From: a virus
Taxonomy: Duplodnaviria; Caudoviricetes
DNA length: 56,816 bases
Virus record (IMG/VR): IMGVR_UViG_3300009159_000084
Coordinates: 1-56,816 of that record
Direction: 5' to 3' (one strand)
Below are positions 36,574 to 45,243 of this stretch, one piece after another; position 1 is the first letter of the stretch; each line of letters opens with the position of its first letter. A program made the translations under genes and the position numbers. The notes beneath the pieces were generated by a model. It did no database searches. It saw only the letters and a program-made list of their open reading frames with translations, and was not told where the DNA came from.

Positions 36574-37440
36574 ATGGCTAAAGCAAGTGATATTTTTTCA
36601 ATTACCGCAGAAATAGTGCGTGGCAAAGAAAAAACAGATAGTTTGGTTCCGTTGGATTCTGAATTATCTGAATTATGGGATTTGATTGCGGCAGATGTTG
36701 CTGCATCTCCTGAAACTATTTGGGATATTCCAAGCGAAAATCCTGATATCGATACGGATGATCTTGCATATATGGATGAGCCTGCAACAAAAAGTATCGG
36801 TATCGAGTCAGATGAATTAACGCTCGTATCTAAAGCCGTGCCAGAGCGTATGTTCACCCTTGGCCCGATGTACATCCCCAATCGCATGGATGCACACGCC
36901 GAATGGACAGACCCCGATGAACTACAGAAAGCCGTTTGGGAATACGTCCGCAAGGGTGACCGTCGCATCAGGCTGCAACACAACCGCGATGTAGTAGCAG
37001 GTGAGTTCGTTGAAGTCATGGCATGGCCGTATCCCGTTGAAGTACCCATGGTGCAAAAAAGCGGTGCTACAACAAACATGACTTTCCCCGCTAACACTGT
37101 TTTCCTTGGTGTCGTGTGGGAGCCATGGGCATGGGAGTTAGTGAAGAACGATAAGTTACGCGGCTACTCAATCGGCGGCCGTGCCGAGCGCCTTCTCGCT
37201 GACCTTCCTGAAGAGTACGTCGGTAAGGCTATGGCACCGTTTGAAGACGCTATCCGCATTGAGGCTGAAGATTCACCTCAGCAACCAATCGACATTGGGC
37301 AGCAGATCGCTACCGCTGTCGCTGAAGCAATGAAATCAATTAGTCCTACCGTTAATGTCGTCATGCCTGAAGACAAGCCTAAGATTAGGCGCGTCGAACG
37401 TGATGATCACGGCAATATTTTACGAATCGTTGAGGAGTGA
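36574..37440 (+). CDS. XkdF-type prohead serine protease with acidic N-terminal extension
   Basis: G.MYIPN..DAH.EW...EL.KA, LQH, W.LVK..LRGYSIGG. Confidence 0.82.
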   Translation: MAKASDIFSITAEIVRGKEKTDSLVPLDSELSELWDLIAADVAASPETIWDIPSENPDIDTDDLAYMDEPATKSIGIESDELTLVSKAVPERMFTLGPMYIPNRMDAHAEWTDPDELQKAVWEYVRKGDRRIRLQHNRDVVAGEFVEVMAWPYPVEVPMVQKSGATTNMTFPANTVFLGVVWEPWAWELVKNDKLRGYSIGGRAERLLADLPEEYVGKAMAPFEDAIRIEAEDSPQQPIDIGQQIATAVAEAMKSISPTVNVVMPEDKPKIRRVERDDHGNILRIVEE

Positions 37441-37796
37441 CAGTGGGCTTAGTAAACGATGGAAAAAATCTTATGCTGACCGGGTTCACCGGATCGGTGC
37501 GATATGTTTCTTTGCACACGGGCGACCCTTCCACTAATGGTGCTAACGAAGTTACGGGCGGATCGTATACCCGTGAGAGTGTGGTGTGGGCCGCCGCTGC
37601 GAGTGGATCTGTTTCTAGCGCGTCCGTTATTGTTTTCGATGTCCCCGGTTCGAACACGATCACTTACCTTGGGTATTGGTCGGCTGTGACGGCGGGAACG
37701 TTTTATGGTTCACGCGCTTTAGATACGTCTCAGTCCTTTGCCACAGCGGGTACTTACACAATCGCTACCGGAAACCTGACTGAATCACTTTCATAG
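37437..37796 (+). CDS. Virion structural protein
   Basis: YVSLHTGDP..GANEVTGGSY.R motif. Confidence 0.6.
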   Translation: MTVGLVNDGKNLMLTGFTGSVRYVSLHTGDPSTNGANEVTGGSYTRESVVWAAAASGSVSSASVIVFDVPGSNTITYLGYWSAVTAGTFYGSRALDTSQSFATAGTYTIATGNLTESLS

Positions 37797-37798
37797 CC

Positions 37799-38392
37799 AT
37801 GGGCGGTTTCGATACTCCGATCACCTATGACGACCCGCGAATTCTTTACGGGTCAGCAAACGTTTCCTATGACGGAAATCCTTTACTCACCGGTTCAGTG
37901 TATGGCGTTTCGACTGCAGTCATTGCGGTCACGCTGTCTCCAAACTTAAACGGGGCTGCTACCGGATCAACTGGATCTGCGGGTCTTGCGACCGGAATCA
38001 TGGGCCACTCGGGTTCAGTAACAGGATCAACTGCCACTTCAGGATCAAATAGAGGGGCCCCACGGTTCACGGGAGTTATCTCCGGGGCAACGACTAGCAA
38101 CGGATCTGTTGCGGGCTACGAAGGCGATTCAGGGCTTATTTCCGGGTCAACGGTGAGCACCGGGCTGGTCATCGGTACGCCTTACATCCCAGAACCACCC
38201 GCACCGCCTGAGCCGAATCAAACATCAGGCACTTTGCCACTCATGTTTTCTCCCGAGCAATCAAAGGCCCCATATCTCACCTTCACTGCGACCCTTAGTG
38301 GTATTAGTATTGTTACTGGCGGAGTAGCGGGCATGAAGCGAATCCGTGAAGACGATGATGTTGAAGTGTTCACATTGCTGGGATTGCTTTAA
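37799..38392 (+). CDS. Virion structural protein with G/S/T repeats
   Basis: Repeated G..SG.T.S.G units. Confidence 0.55.
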   Translation: MGGFDTPITYDDPRILYGSANVSYDGNPLLTGSVYGVSTAVIAVTLSPNLNGAATGSTGSAGLATGIMGHSGSVTGSTATSGSNRGAPRFTGVISGATTSNGSVAGYEGDSGLISGSTVSTGLVIGTPYIPEPPAPPEPNQTSGTLPLMFSPEQSKAPYLTFTATLSGISIVTGGVAGMKRIREDDDVEVFTLLGLL

Positions 38393-38444
38393 GTGTGCTT
38401 GTAGACTTACCTAGCGGGTAAGGTACTTTACTAGAGGAGTAACA

Positions 38445-38960
38445 ATGTTTCTGTCCAATGACAATGGGGTAAGTACCTCATTCGCTAAGCAGGCCACGCC
38501 AATGTTTAAGGCAGCCCCTGAAGTTGTGGCAGTACTACGCCCCTTGCTCGCTGACGTGTACGCCATGCAGACCGCTGTTCAGGGCGCTCACTGGAACGTG
38601 CAGGGCACTGACTTTGCTCAATACCATGAACTCTTCGCTGAGATCTATAGCGATGTCGCGGACAGCATTGACCCGCTCGCTGAGAACATCCTTAAGGCCG
38701 GCGGGCTCGCTGTAGCGTCCCTGACCGACATGCAGGCCCTCCGTACCACCACTGACCCGGTAGAGTCCCGCGATGCACGCCAATTGGCTATCGGTCTTGC
38801 TGCAATGAATGACGCCGTGCTCGTGCGGATCAATGCCGCATTCCTTGTGGCCGAGTCACAGAATGAGCCGGGCATCTCGAATTTCCTTGCTGACCGTGAC
38901 GACATGCACAAGAAGTGGCGCTGGCAGTTGCGTGCATCTCTTGGTGAGCCTGTTGGCTAA
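38445..38960 (+). CDS. dps: Dps / ferritin-like protein
   Basis: AHWNV.G..F...HELF..Y.......D..AE, NFLADR...H.K..W.L. Confidence 0.9.
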   Translation: MFLSNDNGVSTSFAKQATPMFKAAPEVVAVLRPLLADVYAMQTAVQGAHWNVQGTDFAQYHELFAEIYSDVADSIDPLAENILKAGGLAVASLTDMQALRTTTDPVESRDARQLAIGLAAMNDAVLVRINAAFLVAESQNEPGISNFLADRDDMHKKWRWQLRASLGEPVG

Positions 38961-39153
38961 CCCCCTGCCTGATGATCTGCCTCCGCTGTTGCGGGCGTGG
39001 ATTGAGCAGTTGCTGTCCGATGACGTGGTGAAGTTTGTTCGGGCGTTTCCTGATGCTCAGGTTGACGTGCGGTTGTCTGCCGTTAAAGGAAAAGTTCGTG
39101 CGCGTCCTACTGTTGTAATCAATGGTGGTCCGCAAACAATGCTGGAAATCTGA
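38953..39153 (+). CDS. Hypothetical protein
   Basis: Fills the gap; start codon uncertain (TTG). Confidence 0.45.
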   Translation: MANPLPDDLPPLLRAWIEQLLSDDVVKFVRAFPDAQVDVRLSAVKGKVRARPTVVINGGPQTMLEI

Positions 39154-39214
39154 CCCCACATATTTCACGGCCGTAAGTAACGTAAAAATTGGATAACTAA
39201 ACTCACTTCCCCAA

Positions 39215-39232
39215 CCGGGGTCGTGCTAATCT
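39215..39232 (+). promoter_or_regulatory. Promoter of scaffold/capsid operon
   Basis: aaCCGGGG-tcg-TG-c-TAATCT. Confidence 0.55.
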
Positions 39233-39310
39233 TCTGTTAGTCGAGACCTGCGGGTCGTCGCCCACTTAACGTGGATGGCGGCTCGCTTTTTAATGCAGGG
39301 AGGAACTGGT

Positions 39311-40108
39311 ATGTCACGACCGGCTCGCAAGATGGTCAATCTATCCATCGAAGAGACATCCGGTGTCGATCATCCGGCACACCTGCATGAGGGATGGCTA
39401 GTAATGAAAGCAGCCTCGGATGACGCGGTATTAGAAGCACTGGATGACAGTGTTGAGTCGCCGAGTGACGTAACCGAAAAGTCAACCGAGGAGGTTCCCA
39501 TGGAGACCACTGAAGAAGTAAAGGCTGAAAAGCCTTCGTACGAAGATCTTGAAAAGGCCCTTGCAGAAGCGACTGAGAAGATCGCTGAAATGGCAAAGGC
39601 CGCAGAGCCAGAAGAAACAGAAGCAGACGCTGAAGACATCATGAAGTCAGCACCTGAAGAATTCCGTAAGGCTTTCGAATCAATGCAGAAGTCAATCGAC
39701 GACGCTGTTGCAGCGAAGGAAGCCACTGAGGCTGAACTTCGCAAGGAACGTGGCGAACGTGCTGACGCTGATGCAATCGTGAAGGCACGCGATGCTTTCG
39801 CACACCTCGGCCTCGACGCCGAGCAGGTTGGCCCGGCCCTGCGCCGTTTGGCTGAAACCGATTCTGATCTCGCTAAGTCCGTTGAAGACGTACTCACCGC
39901 TGCTAACGCAAAGGTCGAGTCGGCTGACATTTTTAGTGAGATCGGTAAGTCTGCCCGTCCGTCGGGAAGTTCTTACGAGCAAGCCGAAGCAATGGCTAAG
40001 GCTGCAGTTGCAGGCGGAAAGTCCGCAACATTTGAGCAGGCTTTGGCAGCCGTGTACACGGAGCAGCCAGAACTGTACAACCAATACCTCGCCGAGCAAG
40101 GGAAGTGA
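39311..40108 (+). CDS. Capsid scaffold protein with N-terminal protease-like strand
   Basis: Acidic coiled coil, many xxK-A/S sites; N-term LSIEETSGVDHPAH; RBS GGGAGG. Confidence 0.75.
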   Translation: MSRPARKMVNLSIEETSGVDHPAHLHEGWLVMKAASDDAVLEALDDSVESPSDVTEKSTEEVPMETTEEVKAEKPSYEDLEKALAEATEKIAEMAKAAEPEETEADAEDIMKSAPEEFRKAFESMQKSIDDAVAAKEATEAELRKERGERADADAIVKARDAFAHLGLDAEQVGPALRRLAETDSDLAKSVEDVLTAANAKVESADIFSEIGKSARPSGSSYEQAEAMAKAAVAGGKSATFEQALAAVYTEQPELYNQYLAEQGK

Positions 40109-40117
40109 GCCTAAACC

Positions 40118-40516
40118 ATGGCCTACGAATTCAGTAATTACGCAATTAAGACCACGCTCGTCGCGGGCGCGGATCTTTCATCCTCACAGTACAAGTTTGT
40201 GAAGATTGACAACGCAACCGGTTATGCGGTCATTGTCAGTGGAGCAACCGACCGCCCAGTTGGTGTTCTTCAGAACAGCCCAACTTCAGGTCAAGAAGCA
40301 GAAGTTCTTATCTCGGGCGGCACCAAGGTGTACGCCGGCGGTACCGCTTCAGCAGGACAGCCGCTGTTTGCATCGGCTTCAGCAACTGCCGTAACGCTTG
40401 CGTTCGGTACCACCGGGTCCGCCGCGTATGCAGTGGGAACCTTCATCACTACCGGCGCTGCTGGCAACGTTGTGACTGCGGTCATCAACTGCGGCAACGC
40501 AGGTCGCGGACTCTAA
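40118..40516 (+). CDS. Capsid cement/decoration protein (DUF2190-like)
   Basis: AGADLS..QY.FVK..GVLQN.P..G; between scaffold and MCP. Confidence 0.75.
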   Translation: MAYEFSNYAIKTTLVAGADLSSSQYKFVKIDNATGYAVIVSGATDRPVGVLQNSPTSGQEAEVLISGGTKVYAGGTASAGQPLFASASATAVTLAFGTTGSAAYAVGTFITTGAAGNVVTAVINCGNAGRGL

Positions 40517-40529
40517 GGAGAACTGAGAA

Positions 40530-41510
40530 ATGCCACAGCCAACAATCAGCAGCGTCCATATTGATGCGATCCTGACTAACGTCTCGATTGCATATATGCA
40601 GCAGGCTCAGAACTTTATCGCAGATAAGGTTTTCCCTATCGTTCCTGTCGATAAGAAGTCAAACAAGTACTTCACCTACTCAAAGAACGATTGGTTCCGT
40701 GACGAGGCTCAGCGCCGCGCTCCGGGTACTGAATCAGCCGGTGGCGGTTACACGCTTTCGACCGATTCATACAGTGCAGATGTGTGGGCATTCCATAAGG
40801 ATGTCGACGATCAGACACTCGCTAACGCTGACACCCCTCTAAACCCTCTTCGTGAGGCTGCAGAGTTTGTCACCTCCCGTTTGCTGCTCCGTCGTGAAGT
40901 TCAGTTCATTACTGACTACATGGCTGCAGGCGTATGGGGCACCACCGCATCGGGTGTTTCTTCCGCTAGCCCATCTACAAATGAGTTCACTCAGTGGAGC
41001 GATTACGCTAACTCGGATCCAATCGAGACCATTGAAGCAGCAAAGGCAACAATTCTTAGCAGCACAGGCTACGAGGCCAATACCCTCGTACTTGGCTACG
41101 ACGTGTTCCGCAAGTTGAAGAATCACCCTGACGTAATTGATCGTTACAAGTACACGACCGCTAACGTCATCACTGAAGACATGCTTGCACGTCTGTTCGG
41201 TGTTGACCGTATCCTCGTGGCTAAGTCAGTGCGTGCAACCAACGCTGAAGGCGCTACTGCGGCTTACGGTTTCAACTTCGGCAAGGCTGCTTGCTTGCTC
41301 CACGTTGCACCAAATCCGGGCTTGATGACGCCATCCGCTGGCTACATCTTCGCTTGGACCGGTGTTTCAGGTGGCCTCGGTTCAACCATCGGTACTTCAC
41401 AGTTCCGTATGGAATACTTGAAGGCAAGCCGTGTTGAGGCTGAAGTTGCGTTCGACAACAAGGTTGTCGCCACGGACCTCGGTTACTTCATGACCACTGC
41501 GGTTGCTTAA
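40530..41510 (+). CDS. Major capsid protein
   Basis: H.D..LTN.SIAY.Q..FIAD.VFP.VPV, W.DY.NSDP, PSAGY.F.W. Confidence 0.88.
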   Translation: MPQPTISSVHIDAILTNVSIAYMQQAQNFIADKVFPIVPVDKKSNKYFTYSKNDWFRDEAQRRAPGTESAGGGYTLSTDSYSADVWAFHKDVDDQTLANADTPLNPLREAAEFVTSRLLLRREVQFITDYMAAGVWGTTASGVSSASPSTNEFTQWSDYANSDPIETIEAAKATILSSTGYEANTLVLGYDVFRKLKNHPDVIDRYKYTTANVITEDMLARLFGVDRILVAKSVRATNAEGATAAYGFNFGKAACLLHVAPNPGLMTPSAGYIFAWTGVSGGLGSTIGTSQFRMEYLKASRVEAEVAFDNKVVATDLGYFMTTAVA

Positions 41511-41530
41511 CGTTTAACGCAATACCCTGA

Positions 41531-41569
41531 CGAAAGGGGTCGGCGGGTGATCCCTGCTGGCCCCTTTCG
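41531..41569 (+). terminator. Hairpin after the MCP
   Basis: cgaaaggggtcggcggg / cctgctggcccctttcg stem. Confidence 0.65.
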
Positions 41570-41586
41570 CCTATTAAGGAGAAGAA

Positions 41587-42021
41587 ATGGCTTGGACTTA
41601 TAGCGGCGATCCTGCAAATTCAACTAAGGATGCTGTTCGTTTTCTTATTGGTGACACGGATACAACCGATCAGTTGCTGAATGATGCTGAAGTGAATTTC
41701 TGCATTGTTCAAGCGGGCGAGTCGATCTATCAGTCTGCTCATGATTGTTGCTATTCAATTGCTTCAAAGTTTTCGCGCATGGCTACAAGCAAAACCGTCG
41801 GTGACCTTTCATTGTCGTATTCGGATCGCGCTAAAGCGTTTTTTGAGTTGGCTAATGAATTGCTTGAACTTAGTGCCCGCCGTGAGCCGCCGATTCCTTG
41901 GGCTTCACCTGCCAATATGCAACGCACCGATGAGAAGAGCGTGCCTCCTACTAACGGTACTGATTTCTGGACCGGGCAAATGGATTACAACCGTGGCAAT
42001 TACTGGAGGAATACTCCATGA
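41587..42021 (+). CDS. Head-tail adaptor
   Basis: W.YSGDP..D.VRFLIGDT..L.D.E; position. Confidence 0.7.
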   Translation: MAWTYSGDPANSTKDAVRFLIGDTDTTDQLLNDAEVNFCIVQAGESIYQSAHDCCYSIASKFSRMATSKTVGDLSLSYSDRAKAFFELANELLELSARREPPIPWASPANMQRTDEKSVPPTNGTDFWTGQMDYNRGNYWRNTP

Positions 42022-42350
42022 CAATTGAGCGTGATTTTGCGGAGATGATGCAACAGGTTGCCATCTTTGCTAATCAAGCGTCAATTGATAAGTACGGTAA
42101 GCAAACCTTCTCTGCATCACCAACTTCGTATTCTGCGCGGCTCATGTATGGGCAGCGAATTATTCGCGATAAAGATGGTCGTGAAATTGTTGAGGCAGGC
42201 AAGGCCATCATTTATGGTGTGCTACCTGATGCTGTTACGACGTTGAGCAAGATTGTGTTACCCGATGGAACAAGCCCAAAGATCCTTTACGTCAGTACAA
42301 TTCAGGATGAGCACGGCGATCATCACACGTCGGTAACGTTCGGACAGTAG
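42018..42350 (+). CDS. Head-tail stopper
   Basis: DKYGK, RDKDGRE, LPDG; position. Confidence 0.65.
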   Translation: MTIERDFAEMMQQVAIFANQASIDKYGKQTFSASPTSYSARLMYGQRIIRDKDGREIVEAGKAIIYGVLPDAVTTLSKIVLPDGTSPKILYVSTIQDEHGDHHTSVTFGQ

Positions 42351-42358
42351 GAGGGGCC

Positions 42359-42772
42359 ATGGCTAGCGCTATAAAGGTGAAGAACCTTGAGGCTTTGCAA
42401 CATGCGTTTGTTCGCGCCGGTAGCAAGGCCCCACAGTTTGCGGCCAAGGCTTTGTTTGAAGAGGCTCAAGAGGCGTTTGTTCTCTCGCAGTCCGTGGTTC
42501 CCGTGCGGTATGGAAATTTGCGGGCGTCCGGTGAAGTATCTGGCCCGCGAGTGAGCGGTACTCGTGCATATTGCGAGATCAATTACGGTGGGCCCGCTAC
42601 CCCATACGCAATTTTTGTGCATGAGTTGCCACCATCGAGAGCCCGCCATGATCCACCGACCCGGTGGAAGTACCTCGAAAATCCTGTTCGTTTGTACGCT
42701 CAAGACATGGGTGCGCGGATGACCGTTCGCGTACTTGACATGATCGCTAAAGAATTCGAGATCGGTTCATGA
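42359..42772 (+). CDS. Neck protein (HK97 gp10-like)
   Basis: VPV..GNLRAS, YA.FVHE, KYLE.P. Confidence 0.75.
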   Translation: MASAIKVKNLEALQHAFVRAGSKAPQFAAKALFEEAQEAFVLSQSVVPVRYGNLRASGEVSGPRVSGTRAYCEINYGGPATPYAIFVHELPPSRARHDPPTRWKYLENPVRLYAQDMGARMTVRVLDMIAKEFEIGS

Positions 42773-43170
42773 ATACTATTCTGGAAGCAGTTGGCGACTA
42801 TCTTGTGAGCGCAAGTGTAGGGACGCTTGGCACGAATATGTTTCTCGCAGTCATGCCGGAAACCCCTGACACGTTGATTACGATCTACGAAAATGCCGGA
42901 AATCGTCCATCTTTCACAATGGGCGCCGGGGTGACCGCTATTGATCGACCTCTTATTCAAGTGATCTGTCGTGCTGGTCGTGGAGATTATCCAACTGCCC
43001 GAGATCAGGCCGAAACTATTCGCCAATTGTTGGGTGCCGTTGTCGAGCAAACAATAAGTGGCGTGAACGTTATGCGAATTGAGCCTCAGGGATCAATCGT
43101 TCCAATGGGTGAAGACGAAAACCTACGACCTATGGTGTCGGTGAATTTTGAGTGCATGGTCCGGCCGTGA
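42769..43170 (+). CDS. Tail terminator
   Basis: MPETPD, P.IQV.CR, G.DEN.R..SVNF. Confidence 0.75.
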   Translation: MNTILEAVGDYLVSASVGTLGTNMFLAVMPETPDTLITIYENAGNRPSFTMGAGVTAIDRPLIQVICRAGRGDYPTARDQAETIRQLLGAVVEQTISGVNVMRIEPQGSIVPMGEDENLRPMVSVNFECMVRP

Positions 43171-43307
43171 GCGACGCCTACGGCAGAACTGTTGTGACAG
43201 ATGATCACCCGAGGTGCTGGAGATGCAATAGAGTTCTAGCGTTGCTGGCAACGAGACCTTGGGCGATCTTGTGTTCTCGGTGCAAAGCAGAAAACCGTAG
43301 CCAATAG
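43167..43307 (+). CDS. Mu Com-like zinc-ribbon protein
   Basis: RCWRCNRVLA...ILCSRCKAEN; GTGA-coupled; not in the ORF track. Confidence 0.65.
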   Translation: MSDAYGRTVVTDDHPRCWRCNRVLALLATRPWAILCSRCKAENRSQ

Positions 43308-43318
43308 TAGGAGATAAA

Positions 43319-43576
43319 ATGTCAAACTTTGATGACGATATTGATGCACTACTGGCATCACCGCAACAAGTTCGTTTGGGAGTTTGCAAAGTCAAATATA
43401 TTTTACAAACCGTGACCCCGGTGCAGTCTGAAAAGATTCAGAAACTTGTTGATGCTGGGGTGATTGCGGGGCCGCAGTTAGCGCGTATCTTGCAAAAGCA
43501 CGGGTTTGAAATCACCGACAAAGCCATTAACCGTCATCGTCGTAGGCTTACCGGTGGAGGGTGTTCATGCCCGTAA
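43319..43576 (+). CDS. Hypothetical protein with Cys/His motif
   Basis: CKV...RHRRR...CSC; RBS AGGAG. Confidence 0.6.
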   Translation: MSNFDDDIDALLASPQQVRLGVCKVKYILQTVTPVQSEKIQKLVDAGVIAGPQLARILQKHGFEITDKAINRHRRRLTGGGCSCP

Positions 43577-43830
43577 CAAAAAATACGGTTGTTGTGTTAG
43601 CGATTGATGACCGTATTTGGTTTGATGCAATAACTCTTGTGGATTATTTGCGGGATCTTGAAAAGCAAGCGCAAGGCCACATGGAACAGGCTAAAGAAGA
43701 GCAAGATTACGACCGTGCTCTAGCGGCTTACTCTGCTAGTGAATCTATCCGTCAAATTACTGATGGGTTTGTGTTGTCGTCTATCACTGCTGCCGAAACT
43801 ATTAGAGGACGCCGTGAGTCTCGACGATGA
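43567..43830 (+). CDS. Hypothetical protein
   Basis: RBS GGAGG; overlaps neighbours. Confidence 0.55.
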   Translation: MPVTKNTVVVLAIDDRIWFDAITLVDYLRDLEKQAQGHMEQAKEEQDYDRALAAYSASESIRQITDGFVLSSITAAETIRGRRESRR

Positions 43831-45004
43831 TTTGGATGCTTTAACTAGCCCGGGTGCTATCAATGACTATCGCCCAAACGTAGCAATGAAACATCCTTCG
43901 GGGTGGGAGCCGGGTGTTGCTTGGGATGGCAATGCCGGCACTTTGACGACTCAACCGTTAGATGCTCGCCCCAATGATTGGGCGGATCTGTTGGCGGTGT
44001 GGGATCTTGACGCTGATCAGTTTGAGGTGATTGAGCCGGTTCAGTACAGGGCGTGGGATGCGCCGGATCCTGAGGGTGGTTTGCGGCGTTTGTACTATTA
44101 CAAGGCTGCTATTCGTAAGCGTTCGGTCAGTACCGCCTCTGTGGAAGAGTTGCTAGCCGTTTTGAAGGGCCGTAAGCCTAAAACTCCGGTGCCTTCTACC
44201 GGTGAGGGCATGATCTATTGCGTTCCCGCTGGAGATCTGCAGATCGGTAAACCCGACGGTGACGGCACCGAGGGAACCATTAACCGGTTCCTGACTAAGA
44301 CGGACGCCGCTGTAGCCCGCTTGAAGGAACTTCGCAAGATGGGCCGCAAGGTCGACGGGATCCTGTTGCCGTGGCTTGGTGACTGCATGGAAGGTCTCGT
44401 GAGTCAGGGCGGCGCTCTAGCGATGGCCGGTCGCTTGGATCTCACTATGACTGAGCAGTTGCGGGTCTACCGACGCCTCATGCTGCATCAAATTCAATGT
44501 TTTGCGCCGCTCTCCGACAATATCATCATCCCCATCGTGCCCGGCAACCATGATGAAGTGCAGCGCGTAGGCAAGGTACAGCGACGATACGACGACTCAT
44601 GGGCCATAGAAGGGGCTGTAGCGGTCGCTGACGCCCTAAAACTAGCCCCGGGCTACGAACACATATCTTTCGTGTTTCCCGGGCACGATGAACTCACAAT
44701 CACGTTAAACGTCGGTGGGACGGACGTAGGGTTCGCTCACGGTCATCAATTTGGGCGTGACCCCATGAAATGGTGGGCTAATCAATCCCACGGAATGCAA
44801 CCCATCGGTGGAGCAACCCTTCTCCTCGGTGCTCACCTGCATCACCTACGGGTAGAACAGTCCGGTGCTAAATCATTCATGCAAATCCCCGCCCTCGACG
44901 GTGGCTCGACGTGGTGGCGTCACCGGACAGGACAAGATGCCCCCTCGGGTATGGTCTCCATGTTGATCGGCCACGGCGGCTGGTCGGATTTGGCTGTGCT
45001 ATGA
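43814..45004 (+). CDS. Calcineurin-like metallophosphoesterase
   Basis: GDLQIGK, GDCME, PGNHDE, HGH, GAHLHH. Confidence 0.85.
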   Translation: MSLDDDLDALTSPGAINDYRPNVAMKHPSGWEPGVAWDGNAGTLTTQPLDARPNDWADLLAVWDLDADQFEVIEPVQYRAWDAPDPEGGLRRLYYYKAAIRKRSVSTASVEELLAVLKGRKPKTPVPSTGEGMIYCVPAGDLQIGKPDGDGTEGTINRFLTKTDAAVARLKELRKMGRKVDGILLPWLGDCMEGLVSQGGALAMAGRLDLTMTEQLRVYRRLMLHQIQCFAPLSDNIIIPIVPGNHDEVQRVGKVQRRYDDSWAIEGAVAVADALKLAPGYEHISFVFPGHDELTITLNVGGTDVGFAHGHQFGRDPMKWWANQSHGMQPIGGATLLLGAHLHHLRVEQSGAKSFMQIPALDGGSTWWRHRTGQDAPSGMVSMLIGHGGWSDLAVL

Positions 45005-45243
45005 CGAGTGAAGAGTTTGCTGACAGGGTTGAGAATGCCGTCCGGGCTGTACGCGGCCGGGTTCTAGGGGTCGGGCAAGAACAATACGACGATGGTTCAG
45101 GGGTGCAACGTTTCGAGGGCCGGTCAATAGATCAGATCCTTGTGGATGCCCTTGAAGAGGTTGAAGATCTCATTGTTTACGGCGTGCAAATGCAGATTCA
45201 AATAAACAAATTACGAGAAGAAATTAAACTCGCACTTACTTAG
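45001..45243 (+). CDS. Possible MazG-like all-alpha pyrophosphatase
   Basis: G.EQY...DALEEVEDL..Y (EExxD). Confidence 0.45.
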   Translation: MTSEEFADRVENAVRAVRGRVLGVGQEQYDDGSGVQRFEGRSIDQILVDALEEVEDLIVYGVQMQIQINKLREEIKLALT

